From contig JAMOVR010000065.1 of the NCBI GenBank assembly GCA_027061945.1, positions 1-57,087 on the forward strand: 57,087 bases of DNA, in the 5' to 3' direction. Position 1 is the first letter of the stretch. The number at the start of each line of letters is the position of its first letter. Both the position numbers and the translations under genes were made by a program. Source of the DNA: Candidatus Heimdallarchaeota archaeon. Its GTDB lineage: Archaea; Asgardarchaeota; Heimdallarchaeia; Heimdallarchaeales; JAJRWK01. Shown one piece after another: positions 36,948 through 46,356 of the stretch. A model generated the notes under the pieces. The model was not told where the DNA came from and ran no database searches. It saw only the letters and a program-made list of their open reading frames with translations.

Positions 36948-38195
36948 ATGTTCGACTCTGGTTCTTCTTCCTTTGAAAAACTCAAAATCTGGTCATCAAA
37001 AAAACTACGTAATAGTTTAGATTGGTATTTAAGTGTCTCAACAAATAAAATGCCTGCTAAATACCTAATTGCAAGTAAAGTAGAAATTGAAACAGAAGAC
37101 ATAGATCAACTAAGTTATAATGAACTTTGGGGCCTTCATGAAAAGGCAACAAGGACGTTTCTAAGTTATTGGAAAAAAGCAAAATCGGACCCTTTTTTTA
37201 TAATTGATTTGCCTTTTCCTAAATATTCCCTCCTTTCTTTAAATTCTGTAATTGTTAATAAGGGCCTTACTAGTTGTGATTTTTGTGAGTGGCATTGTGG
37301 TGTAGATCGTACGGATCCTAATGGAAAAAAAGGCACATGTAAACTCGGCACCGTCTCAAGAGTAGCATCTTATTTTCCACATCATGGAGAAGAATTAGTA
37401 TTCAGAGGAACTAAAGGATCTGGTACTATCTTTTTTTCATCATGTAACATGAGATGCGTTTTCTGCCAAAATGGTGATATAAGTAAAGATAAGGATAATG
37501 GTATTCCTATTACTCCTCTACGTTTGTCATTAATTATGTTTGAATTAAGAGCGTTAGGCGTTCATAATATTAATTTGGTTGGTGGTGATCCTACACCACA
37601 CTTACATACTATTATTAATGCAATACAACGTCTTCCTCAAATACACCGTTATAATATAAATGAAAAAGAGGAACATATAAGATGGCTAGGAAAATTAAAA
37701 CAAAACAAGAATAATTACTTATTCAAAAATTGGTTTAATGTACCAATACTTTGGAATTCAAATTTTTATATTTCTAAAGAGGCAATGAAGATATTAAGAA
37801 CAGTTATTGATGTTTGGCTTCCTGATTTTAAATTTGGCAATAATAAATGTGCACACAGATTATCAAGAACACCAAAATATTTTGAAACGATTACTAGGAA
37901 TTTAAAGTTAATTCATTCTTGGGGAGAAAATTATGTTATCCGCCACTTAGTAATGCCAAATCATGTGGATTGTTGTTCTATTCCCGTTTTAAAATGGATT
38001 AAAGATAACATTCCTGATGCACCAGTAAATATCATGGGGCAATACCATCCTGATAGTTTTACAGATCCTCTTTCTCCTCTCTATTCCGATAGATATTCTG
38101 ATATTAGTCGAAGGGTATCCAAAACAGAAGTTGCCGAAGTATGGGAATACGCTGAAGAATTAGGGCTTAATTTTGAAAATGTAACTTTTTACTAG
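36948..38195 (+). CDS. radical SAM protein (PflX / COG1313-like activase)
   Basis: 415 aa. CxxxCxxC cluster SSCNMRCVFCQNGDIS, and an extra upstream Cys cluster CDFCEWHCG. Confidence 0.85.
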   Translation: MFDSGSSSFEKLKIWSSKKLRNSLDWYLSVSTNKMPAKYLIASKVEIETEDIDQLSYNELWGLHEKATRTFLSYWKKAKSDPFFIIDLPFPKYSLLSLNSVIVNKGLTSCDFCEWHCGVDRTDPNGKKGTCKLGTVSRVASYFPHHGEELVFRGTKGSGTIFFSSCNMRCVFCQNGDISKDKDNGIPITPLRLSLIMFELRALGVHNINLVGGDPTPHLHTIINAIQRLPQIHRYNINEKEEHIRWLGKLKQNKNNYLFKNWFNVPILWNSNFYISKEAMKILRTVIDVWLPDFKFGNNKCAHRLSRTPKYFETITRNLKLIHSWGENYVIRHLVMPNHVDCCSIPVLKWIKDNIPDAPVNIMGQYHPDSFTDPLSPLYSDRYSDISRRVSKTEVAEVWEYAEELGLNFENVTFY

Positions 38196-38565
38196 CTCTA
38201 TACCTTAAATTAAAGTAGTATCTAAAACATGATTAAGTGTAAATTTTTGATATTCTCTCCATATTCATAGAAATAATGGACAAGATCTTCTAGTACATAC
38301 GGTCTTTATTCAATATGCTCTAATGCAAAACAGCAATATGAAAAATGTTAGTCTACTTACGTTCATATTTTTCCTTTTGTAAGGTTTATCGCTGTCGTGG
38401 TTAACGCCCCCTCCCCCTTTGTATCGCTTTATAAGGTGCTCCCTCCCAACCAACCTTTTTTTTCGACCGGCAGGGGAGCAACGATGGTGGCATTCAATGC
38501 TAATTGTTTTCCATCTGAATTCATTCAATTTTTAGTTTATTCTCTAAACTTTCGCATGTTTTTTA

Positions 38566-38844
38566 TTACCGGTAGAGATATAGGGCTTTTCTTTCAAAAT
38601 TATCAATTTTTCTTGCTTTTTTAGATAATTCTTTCCTAATTTGTTTTTTGGCCGCTATCGTGATTAAATATGCGGTATGCAAGCTTATGTTATTAATAGC
38701 TGAAGCTAGGTCTTCGGCGTTATAAGTAACAAGTGTCTTCCAGCTCTCAATACCTATTTTTTCCAAGGCTTGTTTAGTAAGCTCAATTTTGTCAGGAGAC
38801 ATTCCTGTTTTGGCTAGGAATTCATCCATATCCATGAAGACCAT
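38566..38844 (-). CDS. small helix-hairpin-helix-like protein, hypothetical
   Basis: 92 aa. LTKQALEKIGIESWKTLVTYNAEDLASAI resembles the RadA/Rad51 N-terminal HhH module, by eye only. Confidence 0.45.
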   Translation of the reverse strand: MVFMDMDEFLAKTGMSPDKIELTKQALEKIGIESWKTLVTYNAEDLASAINNISLHTAYLITIAAKKQIRKELSKKARKIDNFERKALYLYR

Positions 38845-38896
38845 TTTGTAAAGGGATAGTTTTACTTAAAAATTAAGACTTGTTTTTTAGAAGGGA

Positions 38897-40228
38897 TCAT
38901 GTTCTATTACTTTGACTTGGGGAAGAATATAAAAACAGAATTAGTATGAGCATAGAAAAAGGGATGCTAAAAGAAACGATAAATGTTTTTGTAGGGCCTA
39001 AAAGTGGATATATTGCACCACCTATTATTGGACCTAAGAAACCAGCACTATTACTCAATGCAGAATAAACTCCTAACCAAGTACCTTTCTCTTTTGAGGG
39101 TACTGCAACTGTTACTTCTGCAGATACTATCGGCATTGTTAGAGCATTTCCAACACCCGCAAAGAAACCCATTAAAGCTACTAAATAAAAATTGTTAGCA
39201 ATTATTAGAAGAAGATAAGATAGAGAATAAATAAGAAGTCCTATAATAATAAGTAATTTTTTATGAAATACTTGTCCTAAATATCCTCCTAAGGGCTGTC
39301 CAACTGTTACTACAGAGGCATATATTGCAACAAATAATCCAAATTGCGTGGGTGTAAACCCTAAAACATCATAAACATAAAATGAAAAACCTGGCTCTAT
39401 TAATGCCCAAGAGAAAAATGTACTAAAACTAACTGCAGTAAGCAAAGAAAAAATAAGTACTTGCAATTTATCAGTAGAACTTTTCTGCTCTTTCTTCTCA
39501 TTTGTATTATTATCTATGTCTTTTAGAGGTGATTCTTTTGGAATAAAAAACACCATTAACATAGAAAAAATTCCGAGTCCCGCAGAAATATAAAATGGAG
39601 CTTTTAATCCCCACAAATCAAAAAAAATGCCCCCTAAAACAGGACCAATAATAAAACCAATTTGTGCACCACCATTTACAATACCAACGTAAAATGAACG
39701 TTGTTTTTTAGTTGTATGCTCACTTATGAGAGACAATGCAACAGGAGTTACTCCTGCAACAGAAATACCTTCTAAGCCTCTTGCTACATATAATAACAAC
39801 AGGCTATTAGCTTCTGCGTACATTATATTAGTAATACTAAATAGCAACATAGAGATAAAAAGAAGCAGTCTCCTACCAATTTTATCTGCCAGCCACCCCC
39901 CTGGAGTTGAAAAAAGAAATACCATTGCTGAGAATATTGCTGCTAAATACCCTAACTGAGTAGGTCCTCCACCAAAGATAACTAAATATTTTGGAAATAT
40001 TGGAAAAACAATTCCTGCGCCAGTATTAGCAAGCATTATGATAAATGTAAGGGAAAGGACAAAAATTGAGTTAGGCTTGTATTCTGAGTGATTCGTAAGA
40101 AGAAGATCATTATTGTCGTCATTTATTGTTCTTGAAGAAGTTTCCTCGTGCATGGATATTTGTTTTTTATTTATCATTCTTTTTAATATTCTTGTTTTGA
40201 TTTTGAAAATAGAACTTGAGTTGAACAT
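38897..40228 (-). CDS. MFS transporter
   Basis: 443 aa with about 12 TM helices. Has the MFS motif A GWLADKIGRR between TM2 and TM3. Confidence 0.88.
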   Translation of the reverse strand: MFNSSSIFKIKTRILKRMINKKQISMHEETSSRTINDDNNDLLLTNHSEYKPNSIFVLSLTFIIMLANTGAGIVFPIFPKYLVIFGGGPTQLGYLAAIFSAMVFLFSTPGGWLADKIGRRLLLFISMLLFSITNIMYAEANSLLLLYVARGLEGISVAGVTPVALSLISEHTTKKQRSFYVGIVNGGAQIGFIIGPVLGGIFFDLWGLKAPFYISAGLGIFSMLMVFFIPKESPLKDIDNNTNEKKEQKSSTDKLQVLIFSLLTAVSFSTFFSWALIEPGFSFYVYDVLGFTPTQFGLFVAIYASVVTVGQPLGGYLGQVFHKKLLIIIGLLIYSLSYLLLIIANNFYLVALMGFFAGVGNALTMPIVSAEVTVAVPSKEKGTWLGVYSALSNSAGFLGPIIGGAIYPLLGPTKTFIVSFSIPFSMLILILFLYSSPSQSNRT

Positions 40229-40508
40229 TATTTTACTACTTCATTTTATTTTAATTTTTTATTCAATATTTTAGCGTTAAATTAAGAACTATAACTAATG
40301 AAATAACGAATTAGCAAAAAAGCTAGCATTATAATGCTTAAACATGTTTTTTTATTTTTAGTATAATATATGAATAGCTTTAATTAAATGAGTGACCGGT
40401 TTAATAACCCTGTAAGTTGGATGAATAAACGATCTTAGAAAATTTCATTTTCTTTTTTTCAGTGAAGTTTAAGAACAACGCCCCGAAAATAAATACGCGG
40501 GGATTTTT

Positions 40509-40718
40509 ATGAGTTTAGAAATTCTTACTGTAAAAATGGCAGAGGAACTGCTTGAAAGAATAGACAGACTGGTGAGGGACGGCTACTATCCTTCCAGATC
40601 AGAACTAATTCGAACCGCGATAAGAGACTTAATCATCGAAGAATTGGGGAGTTACGGCGTCTATAAGAAAACACAGAATGTTGAAATACAAAGCTTAGCA
40701 CCAAACTACGTGGTATAA
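40509..40718 (+). CDS. ribbon-helix-helix (CopG/NikR-type) DNA-binding protein
   Basis: 69 aa. LTVKMAEELLERIDRLVRDGYYPSRSELIRTAIRDLI is a classic RHH pattern. Confidence 0.8.
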   Translation: MSLEILTVKMAEELLERIDRLVRDGYYPSRSELIRTAIRDLIIEELGSYGVYKKTQNVEIQSLAPNYVV

Positions 40719-40915
40719 AATTAATTTTATCAATAAAAAAATTACTTTTTTAAAAATACTTTTTGATTGGGAGAACATCATCTAAATATTTTCTTGCTAA
40801 TTGATTTTATAAAAAAAGGTTTTTTATGATTTTAACATAAGAACATATTTTTACGCATGATAAATAATTGTTTTTGAAAGCGTCTTTCCGACTTTTTAAC
40901 TGATAAAATGGAGAG

Positions 40916-42316
40916 GTGATAATTATAACAAATAAGAAATCTGCTTGGGAAATGCTACCAGAAAAAGACATTGAGAAATTTAGTGAGGAATACAAAAAAT
41001 TTTTAGAAGCTGTGAAAACAGAGAGAGAAGCTGTTGAATATATAGTAGAACAAGCCAAAAAAAAAGGATTTCAAGATATTAATAATGTCGAAAACTTAAA
41101 ACCTGGGGACAAGGTGTATTTTACTTTTAAAAACAAGGTCGTAATTCTAAGCATTATTGGAGAAGAGCCATTAGAGAATGGAGTACATATTATCGGTTCA
41201 CATATAGATGCACCAAGATTAGACGTAAAACCAGTTCCAATTTACGAAGACTCCGAAAGTAATACTGCTGTTTTGAAAACACATTATTATGGAGGAATTA
41301 AAAAATACCAGTGGGTTAATATTCCTCTTGCCCTACATGGAATTGTTGCATTAAAAGATGGGAGCACTAAAAAGATAGTGATTGGTGAATCTGATAAAGA
41401 CCCAGTACTTGTTATTCCAGACTTATTACCACATTTAGCAAGAAAAACGCAGGGAGATAGAAAAGGATTTGAGATCATTAAAGGTGAAGAGCTTAGAATT
41501 ATTTTAGGGCATACAAAAGATAAAAGTGAGAAAAAAGAAGAAAAAAACTCATTGAAAAAGAAGATCCTAAAAATATTTGAAGAAAAATACGGTATTACTG
41601 AAGAAGATTTTATTTCTGCAGATCTAGAAATTGTACCTGCAGTAAAACCTCGAGATGCTGGGCTTGATCAATCATTAATCGCGGGATATGGACAAGATGA
41701 TAGGTCTAGTGTTTACACGTCTTTAATGGCTATTCTTGATGCAGAACATGTAGAACAAACAGCGATCGCAATTTTTATCGATAAAGAAGAAACAGGTAGC
41801 GACGGCAACACAGGAGCTAAGTCCCAAGTTCTTGAGTTCTTTATTAATGGATTACTTGAAAAGATCGAAGGAAGTAAAAAACCCGTTTCACCCTATGCGG
41901 TTCTAAAATTGCTAATGAATTCTAGAGCCATTTCTGCAGATGTAAATGCTGCTGTTAACCCCATGTTTAAGAACGTCCATGATTTGGAAAATGCTGGAAA
42001 AATTGGGTATGGGATTATTATTTCTAAGTATTCAGGACATGGTGGAAAATATTCTTGTAATGACGCACACGCTGAATACGTTGCTTGGATTAGACGCATA
42101 TTAGATGAAAAAGAAATTCCTTGGCAAACAGGGTTGTTAGGAAAAGTTGATGAGGGGGGCGGCGGAACAATTGCAATGTATTTTGCTGAGAGAGGAATGG
42201 ACATTATTGATATGGGTATTGGACTCATAGGTATGCATTCACCATACGAACTTGCCAGTAAAGCAGATCTTTACTCTGCGTACTTGGCATACAAAGCATT
42301 CTTTGAAACAAAATAG
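40916..42316 (+). CDS. M18-family aminopeptidase (aspartyl aminopeptidase-like)
   Basis: 466 aa, GTG start. Has GSHIDAPRLDVKP, GQDDRSSVY, DKEETGSDGNTGA and GMHSPYE. Confidence 0.9.
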   Translation: MIIITNKKSAWEMLPEKDIEKFSEEYKKFLEAVKTEREAVEYIVEQAKKKGFQDINNVENLKPGDKVYFTFKNKVVILSIIGEEPLENGVHIIGSHIDAPRLDVKPVPIYEDSESNTAVLKTHYYGGIKKYQWVNIPLALHGIVALKDGSTKKIVIGESDKDPVLVIPDLLPHLARKTQGDRKGFEIIKGEELRIILGHTKDKSEKKEEKNSLKKKILKIFEEKYGITEEDFISADLEIVPAVKPRDAGLDQSLIAGYGQDDRSSVYTSLMAILDAEHVEQTAIAIFIDKEETGSDGNTGAKSQVLEFFINGLLEKIEGSKKPVSPYAVLKLLMNSRAISADVNAAVNPMFKNVHDLENAGKIGYGIIISKYSGHGGKYSCNDAHAEYVAWIRRILDEKEIPWQTGLLGKVDEGGGGTIAMYFAERGMDIIDMGIGLIGMHSPYELASKADLYSAYLAYKAFFETK

Positions 42317-42383
42317 GCATTAATGAAAAATATTTACATAATTAATATTTAGGTTTTAAAAAAATTTAAAATTATTTTTATTT

Positions 42384-42692
42384 TTATATGGGGTGTGGTC
42401 CCCCTCCGCTTGTAGGTCTTGCTTCTGTATATCCCTTTGTATATGCTAATCGGTAGATATCATGAGCATTAACAAACCCATAACCTAATTTGTATTGAAA
42501 GTGGTCCAAGCTGGACGCATGTTTCAACATGTCCACAATCTGAGATATTGTCAGACGAGGTGCAGTCTTTCTAAACGCCCGATAACCATCCATATAACCA
42601 TCTAAGAGGATAGCTACAATACCAGCGAAATAGGGAGCACTAAAACTAGTATCTAATTGATAATACCACTTTCTTTCACAAACATAGAATAT
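42384..42692 (-). pseudogene. subtilisin-like (S8) serine peptidase, C-terminal remnant only
   Basis: The frame is open for 103 codons: ..YYQLDTSFSAPYFAGIVAILLDGYMDGYRAFRKTAP..LGYGFVNAHDIYRLAY.. 'TSFSAPYFAGIVAILL' matches the catalytic-Ser block GTSMAAPHVAG. The Asp and His blocks are absent because the MFS gene begins 12 bp upstream. Confidence 0.6.
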
Positions 42693-42703
42693 CTATTATG
42701 TTG

Positions 42704-43957
42704 CTAGTTATAATCATCCGTTTGGGGGGGTACAGACAGAATTTCATCTACAAAAATGTATATTGCTAAAATTAGCACCAAAATTGCCATTACTAAAATA
42801 AAGATAAATGCAGAAGTAATCCCATAAGAATCTTTTAGATATCCGAAGATAGCAGGAGTAGTCATTGAAAATATTTGTCCAAAAGAAAAGAGAGCACCAA
42901 AAAGTTTACCTCTTTTTTCGGCGGGAACTCTGTCTGCTAAGAGTGCACTTGTTGCAGGAGAAGCCAAATAATAACTAGCGATTAGTATAAAATAGAAAAT
43001 AGTAAATAATGGAAGATTTGCGAGACCAACAATCATTACAAGTGCCACCGCAGAAATAAAAGTACCAAAAGAAGACAACAGAATAGGAGTTACTGGCCGG
43101 AATTTATCAGAAATTGCTCCTCCTATAATAGTAAACATTGAACCAAAGCCAATGATTAAAGAAGTTGCAATACTCGCCTGATCTTTTGTTAAATGAAGAT
43201 AATCCTTGTATAGGAAAGCAGTAAAAAATGAGGCCGTTTTAAAGAAACTTCCACGAATACTTACAAAGATGAGGGGAACTAATATGGGCAATGTCAAAAC
43301 AAACTTAAATTCTGAAATTTTAAGCTTCTTATTATAAGATAACTGTAATTCAACGTTCTTTTCGATTTTTTGGGGATAATATATACCAACTATTAAGTTT
43401 AAAAGTATAGCACAAAAAATAATTGTCATGCCGAATAAAAATAGTGTTTGGGAAGAACTCTTCCAGCTACCTAACACATGGATACTTCCAGAAACAATTA
43501 AAGGAGAAATTGCAGTGCCTATCATCCCAATATTAATATTTAAAGATAATGCTTTTCCTTTTTGAGACTCAAACATCTCTGTTATTATTGACATTGCTGG
43601 AGGATGATAACCAGCAGCACCAACTCCAGATATGAAAAATGCTAATAATAGCATGTTGTAATTTTTAGATAAAGACACAATAAATAGTGAAAACAATATT
43701 GTAATAACACTCCCATAAATAAATAGATAGCGTATCACATTACTACGATCAGAATAATATCCAACTGCGATAGAGAAAAACATTGTTGTAATTAGAGAAA
43801 CGGTCCATAAGATCCCTCCTTGGGTATAAGAAATGAAGATGTCATCTCTTAAATATACGATATAAATTGGAAGAGAATAATAAACTACGTGATATAAAAA
43901 ATGAGCCAAAATAACAAGTGAATAATTAATTTTTTTATTCAATTCTATAGAATTCAC
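42704..43957 (-). CDS. MFS transporter
   Basis: 417 aa with about 12 TM helices. Has a motif-A-like GYYSDRSNVIRY. Confidence 0.85.
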   Translation of the reverse strand: MNSIELNKKINYSLVILAHFLYHVVYYSLPIYIVYLRDDIFISYTQGGILWTVSLITTMFFSIAVGYYSDRSNVIRYLFIYGSVITILFSLFIVSLSKNYNMLLLAFFISGVGAAGYHPPAMSIITEMFESQKGKALSLNINIGMIGTAISPLIVSGSIHVLGSWKSSSQTLFLFGMTIIFCAILLNLIVGIYYPQKIEKNVELQLSYNKKLKISEFKFVLTLPILVPLIFVSIRGSFFKTASFFTAFLYKDYLHLTKDQASIATSLIIGFGSMFTIIGGAISDKFRPVTPILLSSFGTFISAVALVMIVGLANLPLFTIFYFILIASYYLASPATSALLADRVPAEKRGKLFGALFSFGQIFSMTTPAIFGYLKDSYGITSAFIFILVMAILVLILAIYIFVDEILSVPPQTDDYN

Positions 43958-44093
43958 TTGACTATCTTGAGATTAAGGGTTTTTCAGAATTTCTCTTAGG
44001 AAATGATAAAAGATATATTTTTAGATATTTTTGAGAAAACAGAAAGAGAAAATAACATATAAAATGTTTATAATTAACGGATGTTCTTAACTC

Positions 44094-46163
44094 TTAAGAT
44101 AAATTGTCGGTGTTTTTATTTTTTGTAGAACTATTTTCATCTTTAGAACTTGTTTTTTCTGATTGAGAGAATTTCTCTTGTTCTTCTTTTTGTTTTTTAT
44201 GTGCTGGAAAATGATCATTCATTTTTGTTACTTCTAGATATGCACTTATCCAGTCATAGTTTATATGGACAACATAGTCGCTTAGATGATCATATTTTGA
44301 TGGCACAACTTCGATTATTGGCTTGTCAATTTTTTCTTTGATCTTTTCTATCGATTTCTTATGCTCAACTTCTAGTCCAAGCTTTGTAGCCTCTAATGTT
44401 TTTACCAAGTCTGATCTTGAGAACATCCCAATTGCGAATAATTTGTTATTTTCCTCATCTTCTATTACTACGGGTAATCTTCCCACGCCATGCCTGTACA
44501 TCAAATCTACGGCTTCACGCACAGAATTAAATGGATTTACATATATTACGTTCTTAGTCATTACTTCGCTTACGGGTGCATCCATTTTGTTAAGAATAAT
44601 TGCTTTTCTTAAGTCAGTTAACGTAATAATGCCTTTCAAAGAATGGTCTTCTCTGCTAACAACAACATATCCTTGATGATGATAAGTAACAAAAACATCT
44701 AGTAGATGCTTTGTGGGCGTATCTTCATAAATTGCAATTACTTCAGGGTTCATTACTTCTCGAATAGGGATAAAACTTAATACTTCATCAGCAGTTCTTC
44801 TTCTTATGGATATTCCGTATTCTTTGAGGAGAGGTTCAGTATAGATTGATTCTTCCATTAACAAGTAATGAACAACAAAAGCTATAGCCACGGTCAACAT
44901 TAATGCTGGAAATAACTCATATGCTCCTGCCATTTCTGTTGTGATTATGATAATTGTAAGAGGAGCACGAGAAACAGAACCAAAGAACGCAGCCATCCCT
45001 AAAATAGCGTAAAGACCAGGCTTAATTCCGATAGAGGGGAATATGCAAGCTAATAGAACGCCATATGATTCTCCAATCAATGCACCCATTAGTAATGCAG
45101 GTGAAAGATCTCCACCTGCAGAACCAGAACCCAGAGTTATCGCTGTTGCTGCAGCTTTAGCAAATGCCAAAAATAACAAGAATAATGCGATTTTTAGTAA
45201 TTCTGTCCGAGTATCTGTTTCATTATACATATACCCCAATAAAACTTTATGAATTAAGGGATGACTAGTTCCTCTAATATCAAAAGATATGAAGTAAATT
45301 ATCATTCCTACAAGTATCCCTCCAAGGCCTGGTTTTACCCAAGTCGGAACACTTTTTATACTTTTGAAAAAATCTTCTGTACTATAAAGAAGTGTCTGCC
45401 ATCCAACACCAAATAATCCTGCGATCAATCCTAATACCGCAAACAACAAGAACTCTACGGGACTTTCCAAGTAATATAATGGAACCAAAAATACCGCTTC
45501 AAGATGCCCTAACACAAAGTAGTTAGTGGCCATTGAAGTCGTTGTTGCCAAAATAATTGGGATTACATATCTAAATGAAATTGAAGATAATAATAATTCG
45601 ATACCAAAAAGGGCACCACCAAGAGGTGCATTAAAGACTGCAGTAATCCCAGCACCCGCACCTGCTGCAACAAGGACATTCTTTTCAGCACTAGTTAACT
45701 TTAGCTTTTGTCCAACGAAAGAACCGATACCACCACCGATTTGAGCAATAGGTCCTTCAGAGCCTGCACTTCCGCCAGTACCAATCGTAATTATTGACAG
45801 AACAAATTTCCAGAAGGGAACTTTTGGTTTAATGTCTCCATTTTCAATAATCATTGCTTTAATAACATTAGGGATGCCATTTCCTTTTGTTTCAGGAGCT
45901 ATATTTGTAGCAATCCAGCCTACAATTAGCCCACCCACGGCAGGAGTCAATATAATTAATAACGCTGATGCCCCTTTAAAAGGCTCATGAGAGACTACAA
46001 AGTGAAGGGCAGAATACTTATTAGAGCTATCAAAAATGAATTTATCTAGGGTATCGAAACCTTTTCTGAAAAGATATCCTACAATAGAAGCCACAAAACC
46101 AATTATTAATGCAAAAATATTGATTCGTGCTTCATGAACTTGGGGACAAGTGGGGCACGCCAT
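44094..46163 (-). CDS. ClC-family chloride channel/antiporter with a C-terminal CBS pair
   Basis: 689 aa. Selectivity-filter-type motifs GNGIPN, GSEGPIAQIG and APLGGALFGIE. Two CBS-like repeats (VMNPEVIAIYEDT.. and VMTKNVIYVNPFNSVREAVDLM..). Confidence 0.92.
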   Translation of the reverse strand: MACPTCPQVHEARINIFALIIGFVASIVGYLFRKGFDTLDKFIFDSSNKYSALHFVVSHEPFKGASALLIILTPAVGGLIVGWIATNIAPETKGNGIPNVIKAMIIENGDIKPKVPFWKFVLSIITIGTGGSAGSEGPIAQIGGGIGSFVGQKLKLTSAEKNVLVAAGAGAGITAVFNAPLGGALFGIELLLSSISFRYVIPIILATTTSMATNYFVLGHLEAVFLVPLYYLESPVEFLLFAVLGLIAGLFGVGWQTLLYSTEDFFKSIKSVPTWVKPGLGGILVGMIIYFISFDIRGTSHPLIHKVLLGYMYNETDTRTELLKIALFLLFLAFAKAAATAITLGSGSAGGDLSPALLMGALIGESYGVLLACIFPSIGIKPGLYAILGMAAFFGSVSRAPLTIIIITTEMAGAYELFPALMLTVAIAFVVHYLLMEESIYTEPLLKEYGISIRRRTADEVLSFIPIREVMNPEVIAIYEDTPTKHLLDVFVTYHHQGYVVVSREDHSLKGIITLTDLRKAIILNKMDAPVSEVMTKNVIYVNPFNSVREAVDLMYRHGVGRLPVVIEDEENNKLFAIGMFSRSDLVKTLEATKLGLEVEHKKSIEKIKEKIDKPIIEVVPSKYDHLSDYVVHINYDWISAYLEVTKMNDHFPAHKKQKEEQEKFSQSEKTSSKDENSSTKNKNTDNLS

Positions 46164-46356
46164 ATTAGATCCCTCTTTACGTCGTGGAGTAATTAAAAAA
46201 CATTAATTATAATAATTTGTTTTTGAAAGCTGAATTATTAAAAAAGTGTTCTTAACCATTCTTCAATTTTTTAAGAATAATAAATGTGAAAAGAAAAAAG
46301 AGATTATTCTAAAAAAGAAGTAAAAAATGAGAAATTATGTGAAACAATTACATTAT

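Noticed and set aside
40470-40508. Short hairpin 'cgccccgaaaataaatacgcgggg' just upstream of the RHH gene, superficially like the '..acgcccc..' variant right tail
   Set aside because: Only about 5 bp of stem, with no further collinearity to the element family. It is too weak to call an operator or an element relic.
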